A DNA stretch of 64,000 bases from an uncultured bacterium (lineage in GTDB: Bacteria; Armatimonadota; UBA5829). Positions 49,941 through 58,519 of the stretch are shown here, piece after piece. How positions within the stretch are numbered: the stretch's first letter is position 1; every line of letters starts with the position of its first letter. The position numbers and the translations under genes are program-made. Location: the NCBI GenBank assembly GCA_964523735.1, contig CAZFYZ010000001.1, positions 10,672 to 74,671 on the forward strand. The letters are read 5' to 3'. The notes under the pieces were generated by a model that worked only from the letters and a program-made list of their open reading frames with translations, searched no databases and was not told where the DNA came from.

Positions 49941-51091
49941 TGACGGTGGCTGAGTCAACCGGGTTTCTGACGGGGCAGGTGGGCTACCTGAGGTCGAAGG
50001 GATTCGACATATCGGTGCTCTCCTCGCCGGGTCAGGCTCTCGATCAGTTTGGGGCAGACGAACAAGTGCGGACGCTCACAGTAGATATGCCGCGGCGGAT
50101 ATCGCCCATCAGTGACCTCGGGGCTTTGTGGAAGATACGCCAGCACATCCGCGAACTCGAACCGCAGATCGCGCACGCGCACACCCCCAAGGGCGGCCTC
50201 CTTGGTATGGCCGCGGCATGGTCGGCTGGGGTGCCGGTTCGGATATACCACATCCACGGCCTGCCGTTCTTGACGGCCGAGGGACGCAAGCGGAAGATCC
50301 TCAGGTGGAGCGAGCGCACCTCCTGCCGGCTCGCCACGCGTGTGCTCTGTGTGAGCCGCTCAATACGTCAGGTTGTCATCGATGAGGGATTCTGTCCCGC
50401 TCCCAAGATCACTGTGCTCCACGAAGGCAGTGTGAATGGTGTGGACGCGCAGGTCCGCTTTGCGCCGCAGGCTGTGACTACCGGGGTGAGAGAGGATATG
50501 CGGGCGAGCCTGGGGATCAGGCCGGACGCCGCCGTCATCGGCTTCATCGGGCGCATCGTCCGCGACAAAGGCCTCATCGAACTGACCGAGGCATGGTCGA
50601 AGCTGCGGCTGGAGTATCCCAACCTGCATCTGCTGATCGTCGGGCCTTTTGAGCCGCAAGACCCTGTACCACTGGACGTCAAAGAGACGCTGTGCGGGGA
50701 CCTGAGAGTCCACCTTGTTGGTCTTGACTGGAACACACCGCCCTACTACTCCGCCATGGACATCGTCACACTGCCAAGCTACCGAGAGGGTTTCCCGTCG
50801 GTCCCGCTGGAGGCAGCGGCAATGGAGCTTCCCGTGGTGGCGACCAGAATCCCGGGCTGTATCGACGCGGTCGTCGATGGCGTGACGGGCACGTTGGTGC
50901 CTCCGCGCAACGGCCAGGCTCTTGGTAACGCGCTTCGAGCATATCTGGAGTCAGCAGAACTGCGCCGTAAGCACGGCGCCGAGGGCCGCAAGCGAGTGCT
51001 GCGTGATTACCGCCAGGAGGCCATCTGGGAAGCCGTTCACACGGAATACAGCCGGCTGCTGCGGGTCTCCGGCGCATCGGGAGGGTCCTGA
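49940..51091 (+). CDS. Glycosyltransferase family 1
   Basis: The ORF track gives 49898..51091 with a GTG start. The in-frame ATG at 49940 overlaps the upstream stop (TGATG). The region ...VTLPSYREGFPSVPLEAAAMELPVVATRIPGCIDAVVDGVTGTLV shows the EX7E motif. Confidence 0.75.
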   Translation: MTVAESTGFLTGQVGYLRSKGFDISVLSSPGQALDQFGADEQVRTLTVDMPRRISPISDLGALWKIRQHIRELEPQIAHAHTPKGGLLGMAAAWSAGVPVRIYHIHGLPFLTAEGRKRKILRWSERTSCRLATRVLCVSRSIRQVVIDEGFCPAPKITVLHEGSVNGVDAQVRFAPQAVTTGVREDMRASLGIRPDAAVIGFIGRIVRDKGLIELTEAWSKLRLEYPNLHLLIVGPFEPQDPVPLDVKETLCGDLRVHLVGLDWNTPPYYSAMDIVTLPSYREGFPSVPLEAAAMELPVVATRIPGCIDAVVDGVTGTLVPPRNGQALGNALRAYLESAELRRKHGAEGRKRVLRDYRQEAIWEAVHTEYSRLLRVSGASGGS

Positions 51092-51093
51092 CT

Positions 51094-51723
51094 GTGGCAA
51101 AGCGGTTGATTGATGTAGTCGCCTCGGGGCTTCTCCTCCTGCTGATTGCGCCGCTGCTTCTGGCGATCGCAGTCGCGGTGGCAGTCACCATGGGCTGGCC
51201 GGTCATATTCACGCAGGTTCGCCCTGGCAAGAACGAGCGGCCCTTCCGCATCTACAAGTTCAGAACCATGGGCAGCGCTGCTCTGCCGGACGGAACGCCT
51301 CTTCCTGACAGCCAGAGGCTCAACCCGCTGGGCAGGTTCCTCCGCGCAACCAGCTTGGACGAACTGCCGGAACTCTTCAATGTCCTGATGGGCCATATGA
51401 GCTTGGTGGGGCCCAGGCCGCTTCTTATGGCCTATCTGCCCTACTACACTGCGCGCGAGCGTCTGCGTCACAGTGTCAGGCCTGGCATAACGGGCTGGGC
51501 CCAGGTGACAGGCCGCAACGAGATCGGCTGGGCGGATCGGCTGGCCAAGGATGTGTGGTACGTGGAGAACTGGAGTCTCGGTCTCGACCTCCGGGTTCTG
51601 ATCGAAACCGTGCGGGTTGTTCTCCGGAGAAGCGGTGTTGTGGTGGACCCGGAATCGCGAATGCTCAGCCTGGACCAGGAGCGGGCGCTTGCCGGGGACG
51701 AGGCCGGAGGGAGGCCACGATGA
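51094..51723 (+). CDS. Initiating sugar-phosphate transferase, PglC/WbaP C-terminal-domain type (bacterial sugar transferase family)
   Basis: It starts at a GTG 3 nt after the preceding stop. The sequence MAKRLIDVVASGLLLLLIAPLLLAIAVAVAVTMGWPVIFTQVRPGKNERPFRIYKFRTM...LDELPELFNVLMGHMSLVGPRPLL shows the hallmark motifs of small PglC-like phosphoglycosyl transferases. Confidence 0.8.
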   Translation: MAKRLIDVVASGLLLLLIAPLLLAIAVAVAVTMGWPVIFTQVRPGKNERPFRIYKFRTMGSAALPDGTPLPDSQRLNPLGRFLRATSLDELPELFNVLMGHMSLVGPRPLLMAYLPYYTARERLRHSVRPGITGWAQVTGRNEIGWADRLAKDVWYVENWSLGLDLRVLIETVRVVLRRSGVVVDPESRMLSLDQERALAGDEAGGRPR

Positions 51724-52499
51724 GCGATATCGACATTCGGCCGGCAAGACCGGATGACGCCCCAGGTATTGTTGAGGCCATCCGCAGCGGTATCGAGCCG
51801 AATATGCTGGACAAGCTTATCTATGGCTGTGCGGGAATCGTTGATTACGTCCGCGATCAGATCAATAGCGCTGATCTGGGTTCCGACACTGTCTACACTG
51901 TTGCCAGCCTGGACGATCGGGTCATAGGCGCTGTGGAGCTGCGCCTTTGGCCCGGGGCGATCTTCATCAACTATATCAGCATGCTCCCCCAGTTCCGCTC
52001 GATGGGGCTGGGAAAAGACCTGCTTGGCACTGCTACCCGGTTCGCCGCCGACGACGGTGCGAGCGAGCTTCTTCTGGATGTCATGGACACCAACAAAGAG
52101 GCGAGACGTTGGTACGATCGACTGGGCTTTGTCGAGGTGGAGGCCTCGGCCTGGAGCGCGGTCGAGATAATCGATGCGGCAGCCGAGTCGCAGGCGCTGG
52201 TCTCAGGCTATCCCCAGGCTCGGGCTTGCTGGCGGAGATACGGCTTTGGACAGTTCACCGTCGTGACTGCGAAGACAAAGGTGGGCGTCGGTTTGCTCGG
52301 CCGCAAGTGGTTCAGAGTGACCGAGGCTGCGGGGCTGGGTGATCCGTCACTTCATTCGGCTCTACGGCGGATGGATGCCTCCAGGAAGATACTCACGATC
52401 CTGCCCCTTCATGAGCAGGACGGGGTTTGCAGCTCTAGCGATAATTATCGGAGACTAGCGACCAGCCATAGACTAAAAGCGCAAAATCGAGTCAGTTAG
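51720..52499 (+). CDS. GNAT-family N-acetyltransferase with C-terminal extension
   Basis: The ORF track gives 51555..52499. The likely start is the ATG at 51720, which overlaps the upstream stop (ATGA). The region ...VIGAVELRLWPGAIFINYISMLPQFRSMGLGKDLLGTATRFAADDGASELLLDV is a GNAT acetyl-CoA-binding core (R/Q-x-x-G-x-G/A). Confidence 0.65.
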   Translation: MSDIDIRPARPDDAPGIVEAIRSGIEPNMLDKLIYGCAGIVDYVRDQINSADLGSDTVYTVASLDDRVIGAVELRLWPGAIFINYISMLPQFRSMGLGKDLLGTATRFAADDGASELLLDVMDTNKEARRWYDRLGFVEVEASAWSAVEIIDAAAESQALVSGYPQARACWRRYGFGQFTVVTAKTKVGVGLLGRKWFRVTEAAGLGDPSLHSALRRMDASRKILTILPLHEQDGVCSSSDNYRRLATSHRLKAQNRVS

Positions 52500-52596
52500 C
52501 GCGTATTCGGCACTGGCATCCGGGTATAAGGCCCTTAGCTGGCAAGGCACCCCGCCTGTATGCCCGTCTGCCAGCGCAAGTGGAGGCTGAAGAACA

Positions 52597-53688
52597 TTGC
52601 TGACGAGTGACCGTGTAGACGTTCTGACTACCAGCAAAGACTCACTATGGCAAGAGATTCTGGAGCGAATCGGCCGCTACGATTGCTACCACCTGCCTGC
52701 CTATCACCGTCTTGCGGAGCTGCAGGGCGAGGGTGAAGCGGTTCTGTTCGTCTATGACGACGGACAATGCACGGTCGCGCTGCCGTTGCTCTTGAGAAGC
52801 GTCGAGGTTGACGGGTTCGTCAGTACTGACGATGGCCGCAGAGATGCAACATCCGTTTACGGCTATCCCGGCCCCGTAGCATCAGTCCCGCTGCCCCCCG
52901 AGATTCGGGAAAGGTTCAGCGACCACCTGCATGATTTTCTGAAGCAAAGTCGGATCGTCTGCGCGTTCAGCCGGCTGAATCCAGTGCTGGACAACGGGAG
53001 CGTGATGCAGCTCCTGGGTGAGGTCAGCGATATGGGTCCGACCCTCTCCGTCGATCTGACGGCTCCATCCGAAGTCCAGTACGAGCACTACCGCAGGAGC
53101 TACAAGAAGAACATAAACACGCTGATCGAAATGGGGGCCACCTGCCAGGAGTGTGGAGTAGAGTCAGTAAGTGAGTTCGTGCATATGTACCACGAGACAA
53201 TGGACCGGATCCACGCGGATGACTATTACTACTTCGGAACCGACTACTTCACCAACTTGCTGACGATGTTGCCCGGCGCAGCACATCTCTTCCTCTGCCG
53301 GCTCGGTGATACGGCAATCAGTGGCATGGTCGCTCTATCGTGCAACGGTATCATCCAGGGGCATCTTGGCGGTTGCCCCAATGAGTACCTCCATCTGGCG
53401 CCAATGAAGCTGGTCTACGAAAGCGTTCGCCGGTGGGGGAACAGCATCGGAGCCCACACATTCCACATCGGAGGTGGAATAGGCGGCAGACGGGACTCAC
53501 TGTTCAACCACAAACAGGGCTTTACCAAACGTGAGCACACGTTCCAGGTCTGGCAATGCGTCGTTGACCACGACCTGTACGACGACCTCTACGAGCAGCA
53601 GTGCCGGAACTGCCAGGCCAAGCCCGAAGAGCCGTATTTCCCTCTCTATAGAAATCCGGCATTCAGAGCCGTGAAATCCAAACTCTAG
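52597..53688 (+). CDS. FemAB-family / BioF2-like GNAT-fold acyl- or aminoacyl-transferase
   Basis: The protein is 363 aa from an apparent TTG start, with GGAGG 9 nt upstream. Its size and its occurrence in a polysaccharide locus fit FemAB-like (Acetyltransf_6) proteins that add amino acids or acyl groups to glycans. This is a fold-level guess without a diagnostic motif. Confidence 0.4.
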   Translation: MLTSDRVDVLTTSKDSLWQEILERIGRYDCYHLPAYHRLAELQGEGEAVLFVYDDGQCTVALPLLLRSVEVDGFVSTDDGRRDATSVYGYPGPVASVPLPPEIRERFSDHLHDFLKQSRIVCAFSRLNPVLDNGSVMQLLGEVSDMGPTLSVDLTAPSEVQYEHYRRSYKKNINTLIEMGATCQECGVESVSEFVHMYHETMDRIHADDYYYFGTDYFTNLLTMLPGAAHLFLCRLGDTAISGMVALSCNGIIQGHLGGCPNEYLHLAPMKLVYESVRRWGNSIGAHTFHIGGGIGGRRDSLFNHKQGFTKREHTFQVWQCVVDHDLYDDLYEQQCRNCQAKPEEPYFPLYRNPAFRAVKSKL

Positions 53689-53704
53689 CAGGAGGAACGA
53701 GCAC

Positions 53705-54913
53705 GTGTACAGAGGTGCAACCGCGAGTGGCAAACAACTGACACAACCCGCGACCCCTGGCCAATCAACCCAGGCAGGCGTCAAGTGTCCGATCATCTGC
53801 CCGACTCTGCCAGACGTCGATGAGATCGCGCCCGATATCCGGCGCGCCTTCGCTTCGGGTAGGATAACCTGCGGGGAGCAGGTCGCGGCGTTTGAGGACG
53901 ATGTCTGCCGAAAGCTCGGTGTTCGCAACACGATCGCCGTCTCCTGCGCGACAAGTGGGCTCATGCTTCTTCTGCGCGCGCTAGACCTCCCTCGAGGAAG
54001 CGAAGTCATAGTGCCGGCTTTCACGTTTGCGGCTACAGCGCACGCCCTCCTCTGGAATGGGCTGAAGCCGGTCTTCTGCGACTGTGAGCCCGAGAGCTTC
54101 ACGCTCGATACTGAGGCCGCGCGAAGGCTCATCAACGAGCGCACATCCGCCATCTACCCGGTCTGCATCTTTGGGGTGCCCGGCGATCTCGACGCCTACG
54201 AAGCTTTGGCGAGGGAGCATGGCCTCGCCCTGCTCTTTGACAGTGCACAGGGGCTCTGCGCCTCCTATTGCGGCGAAATGCTCGGCAACTTTGGCGCCGG
54301 CGAAGTCTTCAGCCTCAGTCCCACGAAGACAATAACCGCTCTCGAGGGTGGGTTGGTCACCACCAATGACGATGATTTGGCGGCAGTCATCAGGCAGATG
54401 CGTGACTATGGCAAGGACCCAGGGGGGGACCTTGGCATGAACTGGCTCGGCCTGTCTGCGCGCATGACTGAAGTCAACGCGATAGTCGGTCGCTGGTCGT
54501 TTGCTCGGGCGGATCAGTGGATAGCAAACCGAAAGGGCATTATGGATCGCTATGGCCAGCGCCTGGGGAGCATTCCGGGTCTCAGTTTTCAGGTCATATC
54601 TGATCACTGCACATCCTCGCGAAACTACATAGTCGTCCTGCTCGACGACCGCGATGCGCCGATCACCCGCGATGACCTCTACTACTGGCTGCGAGACAGA
54701 GGAATCCAGACCAAGCGCTATTTCTATCCCGCCGTTCATAACCAGCTTCTTTACCGTGACGTGGAGCCGTCTTGCGCGGACCGTTTGCCCGTCTCCGAGA
54801 CCGTATCGGCGTCCAGCCTGGCGCTGCCGATGTACTCGCACATGCCGATGGAGCTTGTTGATGAGATCTGTGATTGCGTGTTGGAGTCCGTTCGTTATGC
54901 AACAAGCATCTGA
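53705..54913 (+). CDS. PLP-dependent sugar aminotransferase, DegT/DnrJ/EryC1/StrS family
   Basis: The PLP-lysine region is ...GAGEVFSLSPTKTITALEGGLVTTNDDDLAAVIRQMRDYGKD... Also present are ...GSEVIVPAFTFAATAHALLWNGLKPVFCD... and the C-terminal ...ETVSASSLALPMYSHMPMELVDEI. The start is an apparent GTG. Confidence 0.85.
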   Translation: MYRGATASGKQLTQPATPGQSTQAGVKCPIICPTLPDVDEIAPDIRRAFASGRITCGEQVAAFEDDVCRKLGVRNTIAVSCATSGLMLLLRALDLPRGSEVIVPAFTFAATAHALLWNGLKPVFCDCEPESFTLDTEAARRLINERTSAIYPVCIFGVPGDLDAYEALAREHGLALLFDSAQGLCASYCGEMLGNFGAGEVFSLSPTKTITALEGGLVTTNDDDLAAVIRQMRDYGKDPGGDLGMNWLGLSARMTEVNAIVGRWSFARADQWIANRKGIMDRYGQRLGSIPGLSFQVISDHCTSSRNYIVVLLDDRDAPITRDDLYYWLRDRGIQTKRYFYPAVHNQLLYRDVEPSCADRLPVSETVSASSLALPMYSHMPMELVDEICDCVLESVRYATSI

Positions 54914-54940
54914 GCATATCCTGAACAGGTGGTAACCACT

Positions 54941-56116
54941 ATGCGGAACACAATCTCGCTCGGCTCCGGCCGAGAACTGATCGTTTGGTTTGCACTGAGT
55001 CTTGTGCTTGGCTCTTCCCTTGCAGCGCAGCAGCCGGAGGAGGCTTACAGAGTAGGACCTGAAGACCAGATTACGATCACCGTCGCCCGCCATCCTGAGT
55101 TCTCGATGACCTTCTTTGTCCCTACCGACGGCGCGATCGAGCTTCCTGCGGCCGGCCGGATTCAGGTGTCGGGCAAGACCCTCAAGGAAATATCTGACAC
55201 CGTCGCGGCTCAGCTCAAGGATCGCCTGCGCCAGCCGGAAGTCGTCACCAGCCTGCAGACGCCGCGAATGCAGCGTGTCTACGTCCTTGGCTCTGTTGAA
55301 AAGCCCAACCTCTACGACATGAAGCCGGGTTGGCGGATCACAGAGGCCGTTGCCGCCGCTGGCGGCCTGCCGCAAGGCATCGAGGCAAGCGACTGCCGAG
55401 CCATATTGCTGCGCTCACGAACCGGTCAGCGGGAGACGATCGAGCTGACTCAAGCGCTCAGCGGCGCGCCTGAGAAGAACGTCCACATCGAGAGCGGCGA
55501 TGTGCTCACAATAGAGGCCCAGGAGACGATTCCGGTCTACGTGAACGGCAAGGTCAAGAACCCCAATCTCTACAGGTTGCGAAAGGACACTGCCGGGCTG
55601 ATGCAGGCGATCACACTGGCCGGTGGGCCGATGGAAGACGCGGCGATGGCCAACGTGAGCGTGACGCATCTGGATGGCAAGACCGAGATCGTCAACCTGG
55701 CTCCGGCCATTCTCGGCAGCGCACCGCCGCCCGAGATCACCCTGAGGCCCGGTGACAGCATCACGGTGCCGGAGGAGACGGCTCGGGTGCTGATCTACGG
55801 CTACGTCAGGGAGCCGGGGTCATATTCCCTGAAGAGCGGCCAGACTCTGAGCATTCTCGACGCCATAGGCCTTGCGAAGGGGACCGAGAAACGCGCGGAG
55901 TTGAGCGCTGTCGCTCTGATCCGGGTCGAGAATGGCAAGCAGCAGCGCCAGGTCCACAACCTGCACAAGTTCATGAAGGATGGCGACATGGCAAGCAACC
56001 CCAATGTGAAAGCAGGGGACATTATCTATGTGTCCCAGACCAAGAGACCCGACTGGGACTTCATAACCCGGTCTCTGACCGCTGTTGGCATAATCATCAA
56101 TCCGTTTGTTCCCTAG
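54941..56116 (+). CDS. wza: Outer-membrane polysaccharide export protein Wza-like (Poly_export + SLBB domains)
   Basis: The ORF track gives 54929..56116. The likely start is the ATG at 54941 (MRNTISLGSGRELIVWFALSLVLGSSLAAQQ, a signal peptide). The Poly_export motif is YRVGPEDQITITV...TFFVPTDGAIELPAAGRIQVSGKTLKEISDTVAAQL. Two SLBB-like repeats follow. Confidence 0.8.
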   Translation: MRNTISLGSGRELIVWFALSLVLGSSLAAQQPEEAYRVGPEDQITITVARHPEFSMTFFVPTDGAIELPAAGRIQVSGKTLKEISDTVAAQLKDRLRQPEVVTSLQTPRMQRVYVLGSVEKPNLYDMKPGWRITEAVAAAGGLPQGIEASDCRAILLRSRTGQRETIELTQALSGAPEKNVHIESGDVLTIEAQETIPVYVNGKVKNPNLYRLRKDTAGLMQAITLAGGPMEDAAMANVSVTHLDGKTEIVNLAPAILGSAPPPEITLRPGDSITVPEETARVLIYGYVREPGSYSLKSGQTLSILDAIGLAKGTEKRAELSAVALIRVENGKQQRQVHNLHKFMKDGDMASNPNVKAGDIIYVSQTKRPDWDFITRSLTAVGIIINPFVP

Positions 56117-56170
56117 TGCTCGCGGGCGAAGGGAAAGGGAATGCGCTGCATTCCCCAGGGAGGGAAAGCG

Positions 56171-58393
56171 ATGGCTAGAGACTCATACGACGAATTGCAG
56201 CCCTGGCAGGCCCACGCGCTGGATGCCTACATACCGGGGATGGCAGCTCCATCGGCGCCTGCGCCCACGGCTCCTCAGGAGAGGTTCCAGGCGCTGTTGC
56301 GTCGCCGCAAGCTGATGCTTATCACTCTCGCGATAGTCTTTGCGGCGGGCATGGTCTACACGCTTACCAGGCGGCCAATATATGAGTCAACCGCAAAGAT
56401 CGTTGTTGCCTCAAACGCTGGCGGCCCGGCAGTTGCGGATGACATAACCCTGCTGAGCGACCTGAGGGCCCTTACTCGCAGCCGGTCCGTCGAGACTCAG
56501 GTGGAGATGGTCTCAAGTCCCGACCTGCTGAAGGAGGCGTTCGACTCGCTCAGTCCGGACATGCGCGCGAGAGGGTTCAGGAGCTTGGACAGGATTCCCG
56601 ATTGGTCGACGAAGATTGCCGCCAGGAAGAACACAGACGTGATCCTGGTCACGGCCCGGGCCTACACTCCGGCCGCCGCGGCAACACTCGCCAATGTCAT
56701 CAGCCGCGAGTATCTGAAGCGTGACGTTGCCCGCAACAACCAGGCAACCCGTCAGGCCCGCCAATATGCCGGCCAACAGATGGTCCAGGCGGAGCGAGAT
56801 CTCGCCTACGCTCAGAACGACCTTGCGGTTTTCAAGCGCAAGTCTGGCCTGTTTGCACCTGAGGCACAGCTCAACAGGACAGCCGAAGAGATGGCGCAGC
56901 TCTCCATGGACCTGGCCGCGGCCAAGGCACAGTACGCCGCCGAACGCAAGCAGGCCGGGGCAATGGCCGGGGCCCTGTCCAAAGAACGATCCGACGTTGT
57001 GGCCAGCACTACAGTTGCCCGCAATCCTGAGTTCGAGGCTGCCCGCCAACGGATAAGTGATCTCAATGGCCAGCGCATCGCTCTTCTGCAAGAGTTCACG
57101 CCAACCTCCATCGAGGTCAAGACGCTCGACCAACGAATACGGCAGGAGGAATCAAGACTCAAGCAGATCGCACAGAACGTAGTCGGGGCTACGGTTAGTG
57201 CGCGTAATCCCGTTCGGGATGCACTCCTCACCAACTACGCGAACACCGTCGCTTCCGCATCCGCCTCAGGCGGACGTGTTGGGGCGCTGAGTTCAGCCCT
57301 TGCTTCACGGCGCAGCGCGGCAAACAGCCTGCCGGAACGGGAACGCGGCTATACCGAGCGCGCGCAGAAAGTGGCCCAACTGCAGCGGACGTATGAGACC
57401 CTCGCGACCAAGTACAATGCCTTACTGCTCACCGAGCAGTCCACACTGCCGTCGGGCCTGTTGGCGTCAAGGGCCCGCATAGCCGAGAAGCCTGCATACC
57501 CAAAGCGGGCAAGCAATGCGGTTCTTTTCTTCCTGCTTGGCTGTCTGGCCGCTGCAGCAGCTGCAATGGTGGCAGAAAGGCTGGATCGGCGAGTAACCGA
57601 CGAGTCGGACGTAATCGAGATTACCCGACTGCCCAGCCTCTCGGTCGTGCCGGAGTCACCGGATGATTCGCCACTTCTTCTTGCAGACCCGGGAGCCAAA
57701 CCGGCCATGCTCGAGAGCTTCCGCATACTCAGAAGCAGCATCCAGTTCTGCGGTGATCATACGCTGCCGCGGATCATCGCCCTAACGAGCCCAGGCAGAG
57801 GCGAGGGCAAGTCGACAACTACCGTCAACCTTGCTGTGGCAATGGCGATGGAAGGCAAGAGGGTCCTGCTCGTGGACGGCGACTTGCGCAGGCCGTCGCT
57901 TCACCGTCTGCTCAACCTCCCCACCAAAGTCGGGTTGAGCACCACCCTGATCGGCACTTCTACGGCCGATGATTGCATTGCCAAGACTCAGGTGGAGAAC
58001 GTCTGGTGCATGCCATCAGGGCCCACTCCACCCAATGGCGCTGAGCTGCTGAACTCTGTGGCCAGCCGCGTTCTCTTCAAACAATTGGCGGAGCAGTATG
58101 ACGTCGTGCTTGTGGACAGCCCGCCATCCACCGGGCTCTGTGATATCCAGGTCATCTCAGGGCTGACGGACGGTGTGCTCCTGGTAGTCTCCATGAACCA
58201 GACGCTGAAGCCCCAACTCAATCTAACCCTCCGCACGCTGGCTTACGCGGGCGCCAAAGTGATAGGAGTTGTTGTCAACCGGGCAGAGACGCGTCACTGG
58301 GGCTATGGGTATTATGACTACTGCGAAGAGCCACAGGATGCCGCCGCTTCAGGAAGGAGAAACTCCAGAAAGGAATCGGCGGCAGCAAGGTAG
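56171..58393 (+). CDS. wzc: Polysaccharide co-polymerase with C-terminal BY-kinase ATPase domain (Wzc/GumC-like tyrosine autokinase)
   Basis: The ORF track gives 56141..58393. The likely start is the ATG at 56171, preceded by GGAGGGAAAG. Two TM helices flank a large coiled-coil periplasmic domain. The C-terminal Walker A is SPGRGEGKSTTTVNLAVAMAMEG. A Walker B-like VVLVDSPP follows, and the C-terminal tail is Tyr-rich (WGYGYYDYCEE). Confidence 0.85.
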   Translation: MARDSYDELQPWQAHALDAYIPGMAAPSAPAPTAPQERFQALLRRRKLMLITLAIVFAAGMVYTLTRRPIYESTAKIVVASNAGGPAVADDITLLSDLRALTRSRSVETQVEMVSSPDLLKEAFDSLSPDMRARGFRSLDRIPDWSTKIAARKNTDVILVTARAYTPAAAATLANVISREYLKRDVARNNQATRQARQYAGQQMVQAERDLAYAQNDLAVFKRKSGLFAPEAQLNRTAEEMAQLSMDLAAAKAQYAAERKQAGAMAGALSKERSDVVASTTVARNPEFEAARQRISDLNGQRIALLQEFTPTSIEVKTLDQRIRQEESRLKQIAQNVVGATVSARNPVRDALLTNYANTVASASASGGRVGALSSALASRRSAANSLPERERGYTERAQKVAQLQRTYETLATKYNALLLTEQSTLPSGLLASRARIAEKPAYPKRASNAVLFFLLGCLAAAAAAMVAERLDRRVTDESDVIEITRLPSLSVVPESPDDSPLLLADPGAKPAMLESFRILRSSIQFCGDHTLPRIIALTSPGRGEGKSTTTVNLAVAMAMEGKRVLLVDGDLRRPSLHRLLNLPTKVGLSTTLIGTSTADDCIAKTQVENVWCMPSGPTPPNGAELLNSVASRVLFKQLAEQYDVVLVDSPPSTGLCDIQVISGLTDGVLLVVSMNQTLKPQLNLTLRTLAYAGAKVIGVVVNRAETRHWGYGYYDYCEEPQDAAASGRRNSRKESAAAR

Positions 58394-58519
58394 GCGAATA
58401 GCACGAATCGTCGTTCTGGGCGCAGCGGACGATATGCTACTGCGACCGAGATTCTTCGGCTGTGCTCAGAATGACATGAACAATGCCGAGTGACCATCCC
58501 GTGGGAAGGGGCAAACAGG

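Noticed and set aside
53981-55375. 464-aa minus-strand ORF spanning the DegT aminotransferase / Wza junction
   Set aside because: It overlaps two well-supported plus-strand genes in an operon whose genes are all on the plus strand. It carries no conserved motifs.
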